Assembly: GCA_947642475.1 (NCBI GenBank) | Contig: CANRSQ010000002.1 | Location: 608 to 64,607, forward strand | Direction of reading: 5' to 3' | Length of the DNA: 64,000 nucleotides | From: an uncultured Mycoplasmatota bacterium | Lineage (GTDB): Bacteria > Bacillota_I > Bacilli_A > RF39 > UBA660 | Part shown: positions 11,396-21,419 of the stretch, piece by piece | Numbering within the stretch: position 1 is the stretch's first letter | How the letters are laid out: each line of letters starts with the position of its first letter | The notes under the pieces: generated by a model | The model's input: the letters and a program-made list of their open reading frames with translations, nothing else | Database searches by the model: none | What the model was told of the DNA's origin: nothing | Program-made: the position numbers and the translations under genes

Positions 11396-11815
11396 CTAAT
11401 AAGTTCCTGCTAAAAGTAAGAATAAAACAAATAATAAAAATAATGAAATACCATTTAATATCATACCAGAAATATTAAAACCATTTTTATTTTTTGTAAA
11501 CCCTACTATCGATAAAGCAAGACCTGTACAAATAAATAAGAAATCCATAAACAAATAATTAAAAATAAATAAAGCAAATTGAGTATTCGTATAAACAAAA
11601 GGAAGTTCAGCTTCAAAATCAGATATAGAATCAAACTCTCCCATCATAAGTAAAATTGCAAAAATACCCAAAATCATACCAGCAATAGATAAACCTTTGC
11701 CAGGAATTTTCACTTTTTTACTAACTGGATTAATCTCTTCTTTAATAAATTTTCCACATTTTAAACAAACATCAGCATCATCTTTTAATTTTGAACCACA
11801 ATACTTACAATACAT
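11396..11815 (-). CDS. Zinc-ribbon membrane protein, function unknown
   Basis: N-terminal CKYCG...CLKCG zinc ribbon followed by four hydrophobic helices. Confidence 0.5.
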   Translation of the reverse strand: MYCKYCGSKLKDDADVCLKCGKFIKEEINPVSKKVKIPGKGLSIAGMILGIFAILLMMGEFDSISDFEAELPFVYTNTQFALFIFNYLFMDFLFICTGLALSIVGFTKNKNGFNISGMILNGISLFLLFVLFLLLAGTY

Positions 11816-11887
11816 ATAAACATCTCCTATAATATATAATTAACACATTTTCATGTACAAGTCAAACATTTACCAAAGACTATAGAG

Positions 11888-13237
11888 TTATTTTCCAACA
11901 CAAAATCTACTAAATAACTCATCAATTAATTCCTCTTCATAACTTTCACCAATTATTTCACCAAGTAAATTCCAAATATTTTTAAGATCAATTTCTATCA
12001 TATCCAAAGTAACACCCATCTCAATACCATTATTTACATCAATAATAGCTTCGCTTATTTGATTCAAAATAGCTAAAGAACGTGCACTACTCAAATAATT
12101 ATAATCACTAGTTTCAATTTGTTCTAAATTAAATAGTTCTCTAATCTTATTCTTAATACCATCAATATTAATGTTTTCAGCCACACTAACATAAACAGTA
12201 TTTTTAAGATCACTATCATCTATTTTTTTATCTAAATCGCATTTATTAATAATCGTAATATAATTTTTACCATCTAATTTAGATAAAATCTTCTTATCAT
12301 CTGAAGATAATTCAGAATTATAATCAAGTACTAATAAAACTAAATCAGCTTCATCAATAAGTTTTAAACTTTTTTCAACCCCAATACTTTCAACCAAATC
12401 ATCAGTTTTTCTTATTCCCGCCGTATCAATTAAGTTTAAAATAAGGTTATCCATAATTAGTGTAGCTTCTACACTATCCCTTGTAGTCCCTTGAATTTCC
12501 GTAACAATTGCTTTTTCCTCACCAATTAAATTATTTAATAAACTACTTTTACCAACATTAGGCTTTCCAATAATAACCGTCTTAATTCCGTTCTTCAAAA
12601 GTTCACCATTTTTAGATTCAGAAATAATTTTATTAACCCTGTCAGACAAATCATTCATACTAACTTTAATTTTTTCCACAGTAATATCTTCAATATCATC
12701 ATATTCAGGATAATTTAAATTAACCTCAATATTAGCAAGTATGCCAGCTAAATTATCCCTTAACTCTTTAATAAGTAAGGAAGCCTTACCGCCAACTTGA
12801 TTAATCGCCACTTTAGAAGCAGACTCAGTTTTTGCATTAATTAAATCCATAACCCCTTCAGCTTCTACTAAATCAATACGACCATTTAAAAATGCTCTTT
12901 TAGTAAATTCACCAGGTTCAGCCAAACGACAACCATTAGAAAGTAATAATTCCAATACCTTATTAGTAGTTGAAATACCACCATGAGTATTAATTTCAAC
13001 CACATCTTCCATCGTAAAAGTTTTTGGACTGCACATCTTAGTAACTAAAACTTCATCCACCTTTTCATTGCCATCTAAAATATAACCATAATGAATAGTA
13101 TGACTATCAGCATCCTTAAACTTTTTATTAGAAAATAACTTTTCGATGGTAGAAAAAGCTTCATCACCGCTAACCCTAATAATAGAAATAGCCCCTACCC
13201 CTTGAGCAGTCGCAATAGCCGCAATAGTATCATTCAT
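11888..13237 (-). CDS. mnmE: tRNA modification GTPase MnmE (TrmE/ThdF)
   Basis: GKPNVGKSSL G1 motif, DTAG, NKCD, C-terminal FCVGK. Confidence 0.95.
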   Translation of the reverse strand: MNDTIAAIATAQGVGAISIIRVSGDEAFSTIEKLFSNKKFKDADSHTIHYGYILDGNEKVDEVLVTKMCSPKTFTMEDVVEINTHGGISTTNKVLELLLSNGCRLAEPGEFTKRAFLNGRIDLVEAEGVMDLINAKTESASKVAINQVGGKASLLIKELRDNLAGILANIEVNLNYPEYDDIEDITVEKIKVSMNDLSDRVNKIISESKNGELLKNGIKTVIIGKPNVGKSSLLNNLIGEEKAIVTEIQGTTRDSVEATLIMDNLILNLIDTAGIRKTDDLVESIGVEKSLKLIDEADLVLLVLDYNSELSSDDKKILSKLDGKNYITIINKCDLDKKIDDSDLKNTVYVSVAENINIDGIKNKIRELFNLEQIETSDYNYLSSARSLAILNQISEAIIDVNNGIEMGVTLDMIEIDLKNIWNLLGEIIGESYEEELIDELFSRFCVGK

Positions 13238-13330
13238 ATAAACACCTCTAATTCAATTTAAATATATTCTACTTTATATATCACATTAAGTCAAACAAAA
13301 ATAATAGTAAAAACTATTATTCTAAAACTC

Positions 13331-13891
13331 CTACCTAAATAATTTTGGAAAATCTTTTTTTAGTTGTTTACCTAAATTTTCTAAAAAACAAGCTTCTTTT
13401 CCATAAATATCATCATAAAATTTAATGCCATGCTCTCTAAAAGCACTATAAATTTCAGATAGATCACCAATTTCTCCATTCCAATATAAGCCTTTTCTAG
13501 AATCAATAATTAAACATGAATAATGGTCGATATCAACACCGCAAGTTATAAATGATACTTTTTCTTTTCCTTTTTTATCATAAGTAGTTTTTCTAAAAAC
13601 ATCTGTTTTACCTAAAAATTGACCTAAATATTCATATTTTTCAATAACAGGTAAGGAAGCCTCTATTAATTCAGTTCCCCTATTCATTTTATCAATAAAA
13701 TCCGCACTATCATCTAAAGGTTCCAAATTTCTCAAATCTTTCTGTTCCTTCTTCTTTTCTTTATAAAATTTCAAAATTTCTTTTTCACTTTCAAAACAAT
13801 TAGATGAAAACATTCCTTTTGCAAACCATAAAGTCATAATAGGTTCTGGAACTTTAATTTTTATTTTATCTTTTCCTTTCATTAAAATCAC
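13331..13891 (-). CDS. Hypothetical protein
   Basis: Clean 186-aa ORF co-oriented with its neighbours. No motif recognised. Confidence 0.4.
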   Translation of the reverse strand: MILMKGKDKIKIKVPEPIMTLWFAKGMFSSNCFESEKEILKFYKEKKKEQKDLRNLEPLDDSADFIDKMNRGTELIEASLPVIEKYEYLGQFLGKTDVFRKTTYDKKGKEKVSFITCGVDIDHYSCLIIDSRKGLYWNGEIGDLSEIYSAFREHGIKFYDDIYGKEACFLENLGKQLKKDFPKLFR

Positions 13892-13914
13892 CTCTAATTT
13901 CTAAATATAATGCA

Positions 13915-14454
13915 TTACCTTTTTATTTTATTCAAGAATTTCTTAAGACCAATATATTTAAGTAATTCCTTTCCACTACCCAATACACCTAAACTAACAA
14001 ATTTATCAGCAAAAGTAACTATCCAACTTTCAGGATACTTTGGCGGATGAATATTAAGTGGAAACATATGTCTTAAAATAATATCAGATACCCTTGCATT
14101 CACAAGTTCCGGAAAAAATTTAATAGAATTATCCAAAGCTTCACCAGCATGAACAAATCCATGTTGCTTAAAAAATGAATCCTTTTTTTCTACATTTTCT
14201 TGCCAAGGTTTATAATAAAAATCATGTAATAACCCACCAATTGCCGCATCACGACTATAAAGACCTAGTTTCCTACATATTCTATAAGCTAAATAAGATA
14301 TCTCAATACAATGTTCATAAACAGAACAATCTTCATGATGTTTAAAATTTTTCCTTTTTTGAAATTCAGGGCTATTAATAATAGACCTAACAATCTCATA
14401 ATATTTTCTATCATTCAAAGCTCTATTTACCTTATACTGCATAGATTTAGCCAT
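13915..14454 (-). CDS. HD-domain phosphohydrolase
   Basis: H...HD pattern (YEHCIEIS..., GGLLHDFY). The likely start is the ATG at 14454 (MAKSMQYK) with a GAGGTG RBS. An extended -10 (TGTTATAAT, minus strand) lies at 14472-14480. Confidence 0.7.
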   Translation of the reverse strand: MAKSMQYKVNRALNDRKYYEIVRSIINSPEFQKRKNFKHHEDCSVYEHCIEISYLAYRICRKLGLYSRDAAIGGLLHDFYYKPWQENVEKKDSFFKQHGFVHAGEALDNSIKFFPELVNARVSDIILRHMFPLNIHPPKYPESWIVTFADKFVSLGVLGSGKELLKYIGLKKFLNKIKR

Positions 14455-14495
14455 ATAAACACCTCTAAACAATTATAACACAAAAAAAGAAGAAA

Positions 14496-15110
14496 TTAAT
14501 TTTCTTTCTTCTTAATAACAGTATATCTATTAGGATTAACCCCTTCACTTTCAGAATATAATCCATCAAAATTACTAACAACATTATGAACAATACGTCT
14601 TTCATAAGAATTCATTGGATCTAACTTAGCATCAACACCAGTTTTTAAAACATCCTTACAAATTTTCTTAATCTCATAAGATAAACGTTTTTCTTTACGA
14701 GCTTTATAATTAGAAATATCCAAATTAACTCTAAAATCAAAATTACCATATTTCTTAAGACTTTGTCTTAAAACAGTTTGAATACTATTTAAAGTTTTAC
14801 CTTCTTTACCAATTAAATAAGCACTGTCATCAGCAACTATAATTACTGAAAAACCATACTCATTATCAGTTACTTCAATATTAAATTTAGTTCCCATTTT
14901 AGAAGCAAGTTCATTAAAAAATTCCTTAATATATTCTTTAACTGCATATTTAGTAGTTACAACAGCCGTATATTTTTTACCTTTAAATAAACCACCTTCA
15001 GTTTCTTCAAAATAATAATATACCTCATCTGTTCTAACATTTAATTGTTCTAAACATTTATTTAAGGCCTCTTCTTTATTCTTTGATTCGTTTCTTACCA
15101 TTTCTAGCAT
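14496..15110 (-). CDS. jag: Jag/KhpB RNA-binding protein (KH + R3H domains)
   Basis: C-terminal R3H region (LDPMNSYERRIVHNVV). Position downstream of yidC. Confidence 0.8.
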   Translation of the reverse strand: MLEMVRNESKNKEEALNKCLEQLNVRTDEVYYYFEETEGGLFKGKKYTAVVTTKYAVKEYIKEFFNELASKMGTKFNIEVTDNEYGFSVIIVADDSAYLIGKEGKTLNSIQTVLRQSLKKYGNFDFRVNLDISNYKARKEKRLSYEIKKICKDVLKTGVDAKLDPMNSYERRIVHNVVSNFDGLYSESEGVNPNRYTVIKKKEN

Positions 15111-16071
15111 CTTTATGCCTCCTTAAAACTAAACTTTGAATAATTGTAAATAAGCTTCCAGTTATCCAATAAATAATGATACTTGTAGACATTGTAAAAG
15201 ACACAAAGGTGATAAATACCATCATAACATTCATCATTAATCTCATTTGTTTTTCTTGCTCTGGATTAGTTCCACCTAAACCAGAATTCATCTTAAATGA
15301 GAAGAAAGTTGCAAGTCCAACCGCAATTGGAAGTAAAATATAAATCCAATTACCAGTACCAAATGAATCTATAAAATGACTAAATGATAAACTATTTCCA
15401 AATAATGCATTAAAAGGACTTGTTCCTAAATTAAAACCTAAGAACTCCCCTTCAAATACCGCTGGTATTCTATATAAACTTTCAAGGAAAGCAAAGAATA
15501 AAGGCATTTGAATAAAAGCAAATAAACATCCAGACATAGGATTAATATTATACTTCTTATAAATTCCCATCATTTCTTGAGCTTTCATCATTTGATCCTG
15601 TTGTGAAGTACGATTACGATATTTATTTTCTAATTTTTGCAAATCCTTACTAGCAAGTTTCATATTTTCTGACTGCATAGCAGATTTCTTACTAATAGGG
15701 AAAATAATCATACGAATCAATAAAGTTACTAAAATAATCGCTAAACCATAGTTTTTAACAAGCAAACCAATTTGAATAATAAGCCAGCTTAAAGGTTTAA
15801 TAAATATAGTACTCCAAATTCCTTCATAACCACCAGAAGCAGGAGTAAATTTTGGACATGTTGGTAACTTCGAAACATCCACTTCATTTTTTTCATAAGT
15901 TTTCAAAACATCTTTATTTACCGGCTTACATAAAATATTCGAAGTTAAATTTTGGCCAGTTGTAGGTTCCTTAACCACTCTACCATTATCATCTTTAACA
16001 TATTGAGTACATCCAGTCAGTGATAAAGTCATCACAAGAAGTAGTACCACTAAAATTTTCTTATTACGCAT
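15076..16071 (-). CDS. yidC: Membrane protein insertase YidC/SpoIIIJ (lipoprotein type)
   Basis: Lipobox LSLTGC, YidC core (NPMSGCLFAFIQMPLFFA). Synteny rnpA-yidC-jag. Confidence 0.9.
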   Translation of the reverse strand: MRNKKILVVLLLVMTLSLTGCTQYVKDDNGRVVKEPTTGQNLTSNILCKPVNKDVLKTYEKNEVDVSKLPTCPKFTPASGGYEGIWSTIFIKPLSWLIIQIGLLVKNYGLAIILVTLLIRMIIFPISKKSAMQSENMKLASKDLQKLENKYRNRTSQQDQMMKAQEMMGIYKKYNINPMSGCLFAFIQMPLFFAFLESLYRIPAVFEGEFLGFNLGTSPFNALFGNSLSFSHFIDSFGTGNWIYILLPIAVGLATFFSFKMNSGLGGTNPEQEKQMRLMMNVMMVFITFVSFTMSTSIIIYWITGSLFTIIQSLVLRRHKDARNGKKRIKE

Positions 16072-16072
16072 C

Positions 16073-16408
16073 TTATTTCTCCTTTGTTATTTTTATTAAA
16101 TCTAAAGCTTTAAATAAATTATCTTCCATTTCACTAAAACTTCGATTCAATATCCCCTTGCCTACTATTATAATACAATTAAAGTTATTTTGATAGACCT
16201 TTTTATCAATTATGTTTCTTAATCTTCTTTTATATTTATTTCTAGTAACCGCATTACCTATTTTCTTACCAACTGAAAAACCAAATTTATAAGGTCCTTT
16301 AGTACCCTTCTCTACATAAATAATATAATCCTTATATTTAAAAGGTTTATTATTTTTAATAATACGATTAAAATCATCATTACTCTTTAAAATATTAATT
16401 TTCTTCAT
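16073..16408 (-). CDS. rnpA: Ribonuclease P protein component
   Basis: 111 aa, basic, with an RNR-like motif (KKIGNAVTRNKYKRRLR). Downstream of rpmH. Confidence 0.9.
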   Translation of the reverse strand: MKKINILKSNDDFNRIIKNNKPFKYKDYIIYVEKGTKGPYKFGFSVGKKIGNAVTRNKYKRRLRNIIDKKVYQNNFNCIIIVGKGILNRSFSEMEDNLFKALDLIKITKEK

Positions 16409-16436
16409 ATCATCACCTATATAATATATTTAAAAA

Positions 16437-16454
16437 CCACTGGATAAGCAGTGG
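16437..16454 (-). terminator. Hairpin plus U-run between rpmH and rnpA (possible partial terminator)
   Basis: Minus strand reads CCACTG-cttatc-CAGTGG followed by TTTTTA, located between the rpmH stop (16459) and the rnpA start (16408). Confidence 0.4.
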
Positions 16455-16458
16455 CTAA

Positions 16459-16584
16459 TTAACGAGCTAAAACTTTGCGGCCCTTTTTTCTTCTTCTTTT
16501 AATAATATTAGTTTGCATTCTAGCGAAGAAACCCATTTTTTTACTTCTTCTTCTATTATTAGGTTGAAAAGTTCTTTTTGACAT
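16459..16584 (-). CDS. rpmH: 50S ribosomal protein L34
   Basis: Hand translation gives [41 protein letters not shown] (41 aa), with a GAGGAG RBS upstream. It is below the ORF-track size cut-off. Confidence 0.85.
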   Translation of the reverse strand: MSKRTFQPNNRRRSKKMGFFARMQTNIIKRRRKKGRKVLAR

Positions 16585-16676
16585 AGATAATTCACTCCTC
16601 TCAAGATAAATTTTTCATTGCTTTATTAATTATATAGATAAAACCTTGATTTGTCAACACTTTTTTCTCTTCAAAG

Positions 16677-16912
16677 TTTTCCACAATAAAAAAATTTCAA
16701 ATAATTAAAAAAATTTTTTCCAGATATTTTTTCCACCACAGTTTTTTTTGAATTAAAATATAATAGCACCTTTTTCAACATATGTGAATAACTTTTAAAT
16801 AATTCACAATGTGAATAAATAACTTTTCCACAATTTTTGTGGAAAAACTTCATTTTCCGCTAAAATTCGACAAAAAATCCATGTGGATATCTTTTTTTAA
16901 ACTTTTTCCACA
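16677..16912. promoter_or_regulatory. oriC left part: DnaA-box cluster upstream of dnaA
   Basis: TTTTCCACA at 16677, 16824 and 16904. TGTGGAAAA at 16838, forming an inverted pair with 16824. TGTGGATAT at 16882. TGTGAATAA at 16783 and 16810. The gene-strand switch occurs here. Confidence 0.8.
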
Positions 16913-16981
16913 GTTTTTATAGAATTTTCCGTAAAAATAATGTAAAATGGTGTTAAGAAACTTTAAAGCAGATAGTGGGGG

Positions 16982-18322
16982 ATGCTTATGGATTTAGAAA
17001 GCACTTGGAGTGTCTTTTTAGCCAAAATAGAAGAGAAAGTAAAACCAGTTCTCTTTGAAACTTGGTTTAAAGACACAAAATTAATAAAACTAACTGAAGA
17101 TACCGCTTTAGTAAAAGTAGAGTGGGATGTTCAAATAAATCACCTAAAAGAAAATTATGGTGAATTAATAAAAGAAACATTTATGGATGTCACCGGATCA
17201 TTATATAAATTTGAATACACAACAATTGAACCAATAACAAAAGAGGAAGAAGAAATAAAAGATAATAACGAAGCCTTATTTGAAAGTGGCTTAGATAAAA
17301 AATACACATTTGAAACATTTATCCAAGGAGAAAGTAATAAATTTGCAAAAGCAATAGGGCTAGCCGTAGCCGAAAAGCCAGGAAGCATGTATAATCCATT
17401 ATTTATATACGGAAATAGCGGACTCGGAAAAACCCACTTAATGCACGCAATCGGTAACTATATAGCCGATAGTACAAATAAAAAAGTATTATACGTAACA
17501 AGTGAAAAATTTGTTGACGACTTTTTAAGTCTATATCGAAAAAATGATAATAACTTCAAAGCTGTGGATAGTTTTAAAAGAAAATATCGCGATATTGATG
17601 TTTTAATGATAGACGATATTCAATACCTTGAAATAGCAAGTAAAACTCAACAAGAATTTTTCAACACCTTTAATGAATTACACACGCAAAATAAACAAAT
17701 TATCATTTCTTCAGATAGATCACCAGACGATCTAAAAAAACTAGAAGAAAGATTAAGAACAAGATTCAATTGGGGACTAACAATCGACATATTGCCACCT
17801 GACTTTAATTTAAGAATGGCAATCCTTGATAAAAAAATAGAAGCACAAGGGATTAGTAGCTTTGTACCAGAAGAAGTAAAAGAATATATCGCTAGTAACT
17901 GTACAACCGATATCAGAAAGTTAGAAGGGGCCCTAACCAGAGTATTTGCCTACGCAACAATCATGAATGGCTCAGAAATAACCATTGAACTAGCAGTTGA
18001 AGCCCTAAAAGATTATATTGGAAAACATATAATATCAAAAAATAAAATAGATAAAGTAATCCAAATAGTTGCGGATAACTACAATATAACTGCCGAAGAT
18101 ATCAGAAGCAAAAAAAGACTAGCTAAAATAGCCGTTCCAAGGCAAATAGGAATGTATATATGTAGAACATACCTAAAGGAATCACTACCAAAAATCGGAA
18201 GTGAATTCGGTGGAAAAGACCATACAACCGTAATGCATTCTGTAGATAAAATAAAAAGGGAAGTTAGTAAAGATAAAACACTAGAAGAAGAAATCAATAG
18301 ATTAATTGAAAAAATAGGATAG
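16982..18322 (+). CDS. dnaA: Chromosomal replication initiator DnaA
   Basis: GNSGLGKTHL Walker A, AAA+ core, C-terminal DNA-binding domain (GGKDHTTVMHS). Confidence 0.97.
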   Translation: MLMDLESTWSVFLAKIEEKVKPVLFETWFKDTKLIKLTEDTALVKVEWDVQINHLKENYGELIKETFMDVTGSLYKFEYTTIEPITKEEEEIKDNNEALFESGLDKKYTFETFIQGESNKFAKAIGLAVAEKPGSMYNPLFIYGNSGLGKTHLMHAIGNYIADSTNKKVLYVTSEKFVDDFLSLYRKNDNNFKAVDSFKRKYRDIDVLMIDDIQYLEIASKTQQEFFNTFNELHTQNKQIIISSDRSPDDLKKLEERLRTRFNWGLTIDILPPDFNLRMAILDKKIEAQGISSFVPEEVKEYIASNCTTDIRKLEGALTRVFAYATIMNGSEITIELAVEALKDYIGKHIISKNKIDKVIQIVADNYNITAEDIRSKKRLAKIAVPRQIGMYICRTYLKESLPKIGSEFGGKDHTTVMHSVDKIKREVSKDKTLEEEINRLIEKIG

Positions 18323-18337
18323 GGGAAAACAATTTCT

Positions 18338-18460
18338 TTTTCCACAATTTTTACACACCCTAAAAATAGCCATTAAAGTGTGTAATTAAAAGAAAAAACA
18401 GACTTTTCCACACAATCCACAACAATAATAAAAATACTATTAATAAATAATAAAAAAAGG
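18338..18460. promoter_or_regulatory. oriC right part: DnaA boxes plus AT-rich tract between dnaA and dnaN
   Basis: TTTTCCACA at 18338 and 18404, TTTTACACA at 18349, CAATCCACA at 18413, then an almost pure A/T run at 18421-18458 (candidate unwinding element). Confidence 0.7.
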
Positions 18461-18472
18461 AGATAAGAAATT

Positions 18473-19594
18473 ATGAAATTAGAAATTAAACAAGAAGTAC
18501 TTTTAGAACATTTAAACTACGTTATTAAAGGAATATCAACAAAAAACTTAAGACCAATTTTAAACTGTATAAAATTTGAATTAACAGATGAAGGTTTATA
18601 TTTAATGAGTACAGATAATGAAATCGCAATTAAAACATTTATCGATAAAAGTGAAATAGAAAAAATAGATACCTGTGGAGAAATAGTAGTTTCAGGTAGA
18701 TATATTTATGAAATTGTTAGAAAATTACCAGATGAAATAATAAATATAGAAGAAGTAATCGATTCTAAACTATTTATTACAACCCCAAATTCATCATTTA
18801 ATTTAAACTGTAATGATGCTACTGAATTTCCAAATCTAGAATTAGAATATAAAAAAGAACCAATAATTTTAAACCAAAAAGTATTTAAAACGATTATAGG
18901 TCAAACCGCATTTGCAACCTCAACAGGAGAATCAAGACCAGTATTAACAGGTATAAACTTTAAAATTGATAGAAACATAATGGAATGTACCGCAACAGAC
19001 TCATATCGTTTAGCTATCAAAAAGCTAGAATTAGACCAAGAACAAACAGAAAATATAAATATTATTATTCCAACTAAAAACCTAAATGAAATCGTAAAAT
19101 TAATGAATGACGAAGAAGAAAATCTAGAAATGCACATTTTCAACAATAAAGTAATCTTCAAATTTAATACTTTAACAATCATGACAAGATTAATAAGTGG
19201 AACATATCCAGATACTTCAAAATTAATCCCAGAAGAATTCACATTAACAATGAAAGTAAAATTAATGGATTTCTTTAGAGCTATCGATAGAGCTTCATTA
19301 TTAACAAATGAAAGTGATAAAAACACGATAAAACTTGAAAGTAAAGGTAATACAGTATTAATTTCATCAAATATTCCTGAAATCGGAAACGTTGAAGAAA
19401 AAATAACTGTGGAAAAAAATAATGAAGACGATATTAAAATTGCCTTTAACTCAAAATTTATGTTAGATGCCGTAAGAGTATTAGAATCAGACGAAATAAA
19501 ATTATTATTTAATGGAGAATTTAAACCAATTATTCTAAAAAATCCAGAAAGTGATGATCTAACACAATTAATTTTACCAATAAGAACTTATTAA
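18473..19594 (+). CDS. dnaN: DNA polymerase III beta sliding clamp
   Basis: Full-length beta-clamp similarity (C-terminal LILPIRTY). Position after dnaA. Confidence 0.95.
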   Translation: MKLEIKQEVLLEHLNYVIKGISTKNLRPILNCIKFELTDEGLYLMSTDNEIAIKTFIDKSEIEKIDTCGEIVVSGRYIYEIVRKLPDEIINIEEVIDSKLFITTPNSSFNLNCNDATEFPNLELEYKKEPIILNQKVFKTIIGQTAFATSTGESRPVLTGINFKIDRNIMECTATDSYRLAIKKLELDQEQTENINIIIPTKNLNEIVKLMNDEEENLEMHIFNNKVIFKFNTLTIMTRLISGTYPDTSKLIPEEFTLTMKVKLMDFFRAIDRASLLTNESDKNTIKLESKGNTVLISSNIPEIGNVEEKITVEKNNEDDIKIAFNSKFMLDAVRVLESDEIKLLFNGEFKPIILKNPESDDLTQLILPIRTY

Positions 19595-19728
19595 AATAGG
19601 TTCTTTTTTATTTTTCCACAATATTTTTCAAAAAAACATATAATTACGACAAAAAACGCTAAAATTTGACAAAGAAAAAGAGTATAAGAGAGTGGTCAGA
19701 TTTTTTATCTGAAAACAGGGGGGATTTT

Positions 19729-20175
19729 ATGTTAGAATATGAAATAACAAGTAAAACATGTGCGTTAATATCAATAAGTGAAGAAGAAACAGAAATAATT
19801 GAGTTAGGTAGGAAATTTATCATTCAAAATAAACTATCACAAATTTTAAAACAAAATTGTGAATTTTACGGTTGTTCCTTAGAAGGGCGTATAAAAGGAA
19901 GTCAAACGCAACTAGGAATGAAATATAAACTTCCAATAGTAATAGAAAATACAAGAGAAATAATATTTTTTCCAACAACATCGCCAAGATTGCAAGAATG
20001 TAGTTGGATATCACTCAAAAATATTAAAAATTATAAAGAAAATGAATTTGGAACTATAATAGAATTTGTAGATAATAATGAATTAAACCTACCAATTTCC
20101 TATGAAACAATAGAAAATCAAATATTTCGAGCTACAAAACTAATGTTGATATCACGCCAACGAGGAAAAAAATAG
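19729..20175 (+). CDS. comK: ComK-family competence transcription factor
   Basis: Matches B. subtilis ComK blocks: FYGCSLEGRIKGS (FFGSSYAGRKAGT), KLPIVIENTREIIFFPTTSPRLQECSWIS (KPPIMVDPSNQIFLFPTLS..PQCGWIS) and LPISYETIENQIFRAT (LPISYNSFENQVYRT). The likely start is the ATG at 19729, after a GGGGGGA RBS. Confidence 0.7.
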   Translation: MLEYEITSKTCALISISEEETEIIELGRKFIIQNKLSQILKQNCEFYGCSLEGRIKGSQTQLGMKYKLPIVIENTREIIFFPTTSPRLQECSWISLKNIKNYKENEFGTIIEFVDNNELNLPISYETIENQIFRATKLMLISRQRGKK

Positions 20176-20306
20176 AAATAGGCCATTATTGTCTATTTTT
20201 TTGCTTATTTTAGCCAATTTTATGGTATAATGGATATAGGGTATAGGAGTACTATTAAGGTAGTTTTTTTTCGCTACAGTCCAAAAAAATCGAAAAGAGG
20301 GAAATC

Positions 20307-21419
20307 ATGATACTAAAAAACATCGAAGTTAGAAATTTTAGAAATTATGAGAACCTCAAAATCACCTTAAATAAAAATACCAATATTATTTATGGTGATA
20401 ACGGTGGGGGGAAAACAAATATATTAGAAAGTATTTTTGTGCTGGCTCTAACAAAATCGCATAGAGCTTTATCACAAGCTGATCTAATAAATAATGGAAA
20501 AGAAAATGCTTTAATTAAAGGGACTATACTAAATGAAATACCTTATAATCTTGAATTATCCTTAACCAAAACCACAAAACAGGTTAAAATTGATAATAAT
20601 CCCGTAAATAAGATTGGCGAATATATAAGTATGATGAATATCATTATTTTTTATTCCGATGATTTAGATCTTATTAGAGGATTCCCAAGTAATAGACGAA
20701 AATATTTAAATCTAGAACTTAGTCAAATATCAAAAAATTACTATAATACATTAAATGATTATAATAAATTACTAAAAATTAGAAATGATTATTTAAAAAA
20801 AATGAGTAATAAAGAACCTGTTGATGAAGGATATTTTGAAATTCTAACCGATTATCTAATAGAAAGAAGTATTTTTATTTATCAAATGCGTGAAAAATAT
20901 ATCGAAAGGCTAAATAATATCTGTCCTGATATATATAAAGACATAACCGGGAATGATAACTTTAAAATAAAATACTTACCATCTATACCATTAGAAAATA
21001 TGGATAAAGATAATATCAGATTAGAAATGAAAAAAGCATTAAGTGAAAATAAAACCAAAGAAATTAAAGCCAAAACCACTCTTTTTGGACCACACAGAGA
21101 TGATTTTGAATTTCAATTAAATGAAAAAAATCTAAAAAACTACGGTTCTCAAGGTCAACAAAGGGTAGCTGTTTTATCACTTAAACTATCAGAAATTAAG
21201 ATATTCAAAGATTATAAAAATAACAATCCAATAATTTTATTAGATGATGTATTTAGTGAACTTGATAACGATAAGAAAAATAATCTATTAAAATACATTG
21301 ATAACGATATGCAAGTAATAATAACTACCACAGATCTAGATAATATCGATGAAAATATCAAGAAAAAAGCTAAACTAATCAAAATAAAAAATGGAAAAAT
21401 AGTAGAAGAGGTGGAATAA
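20307..21419 (+). CDS. recF: DNA replication and repair protein RecF
   Basis: [12 protein letters not shown] Walker A, SQGQQR signature, [10 protein letters not shown] Walker B. Confidence 0.95.
   Translation: MILKNIEVRNFRNYENLKITLNKNTNIIYGDNGGGKTNILESIFVLALTKSHRALSQADLINNGKENALIKGTILNEIPYNLELSLTKTTKQVKIDNNPVNKIGEYISMMNIIIFYSDDLDLIRGFPSNRRKYLNLELSQISKNYYNTLNDYNKLLKIRNDYLKKMSNKEPVDEGYFEILTDYLIERSIFIYQMREKYIERLNNICPDIYKDITGNDNFKIKYLPSIPLENMDKDNIRLEMKKALSENKTKEIKAKTTLFGPHRDDFEFQLNEKNLKNYGSQGQQRVAVLSLKLSEIKIFKDYKNNNPIILLDDVFSELDNDKKNNLLKYIDNDMQVIITTTDLDNIDENIKKKAKLIKIKNGKIVEEVE

Noticed and set aside
11239-11478. 79-aa plus-strand ORF spanning the mnmG start and the downstream spacer.
   Set aside because: It overlaps the mnmG 5' end and the neighbouring minus-strand membrane-protein gene. 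It has no translation signals.
16671-16853. 60-aa minus-strand ORF (MKFFHKNCGKVIYSH...) upstream of dnaA.
   Set aside because: It lies entirely within the DnaA-box cluster of oriC. It has no RBS, and its reading frame is essentially the translated DnaA boxes. It is most likely non-coding.
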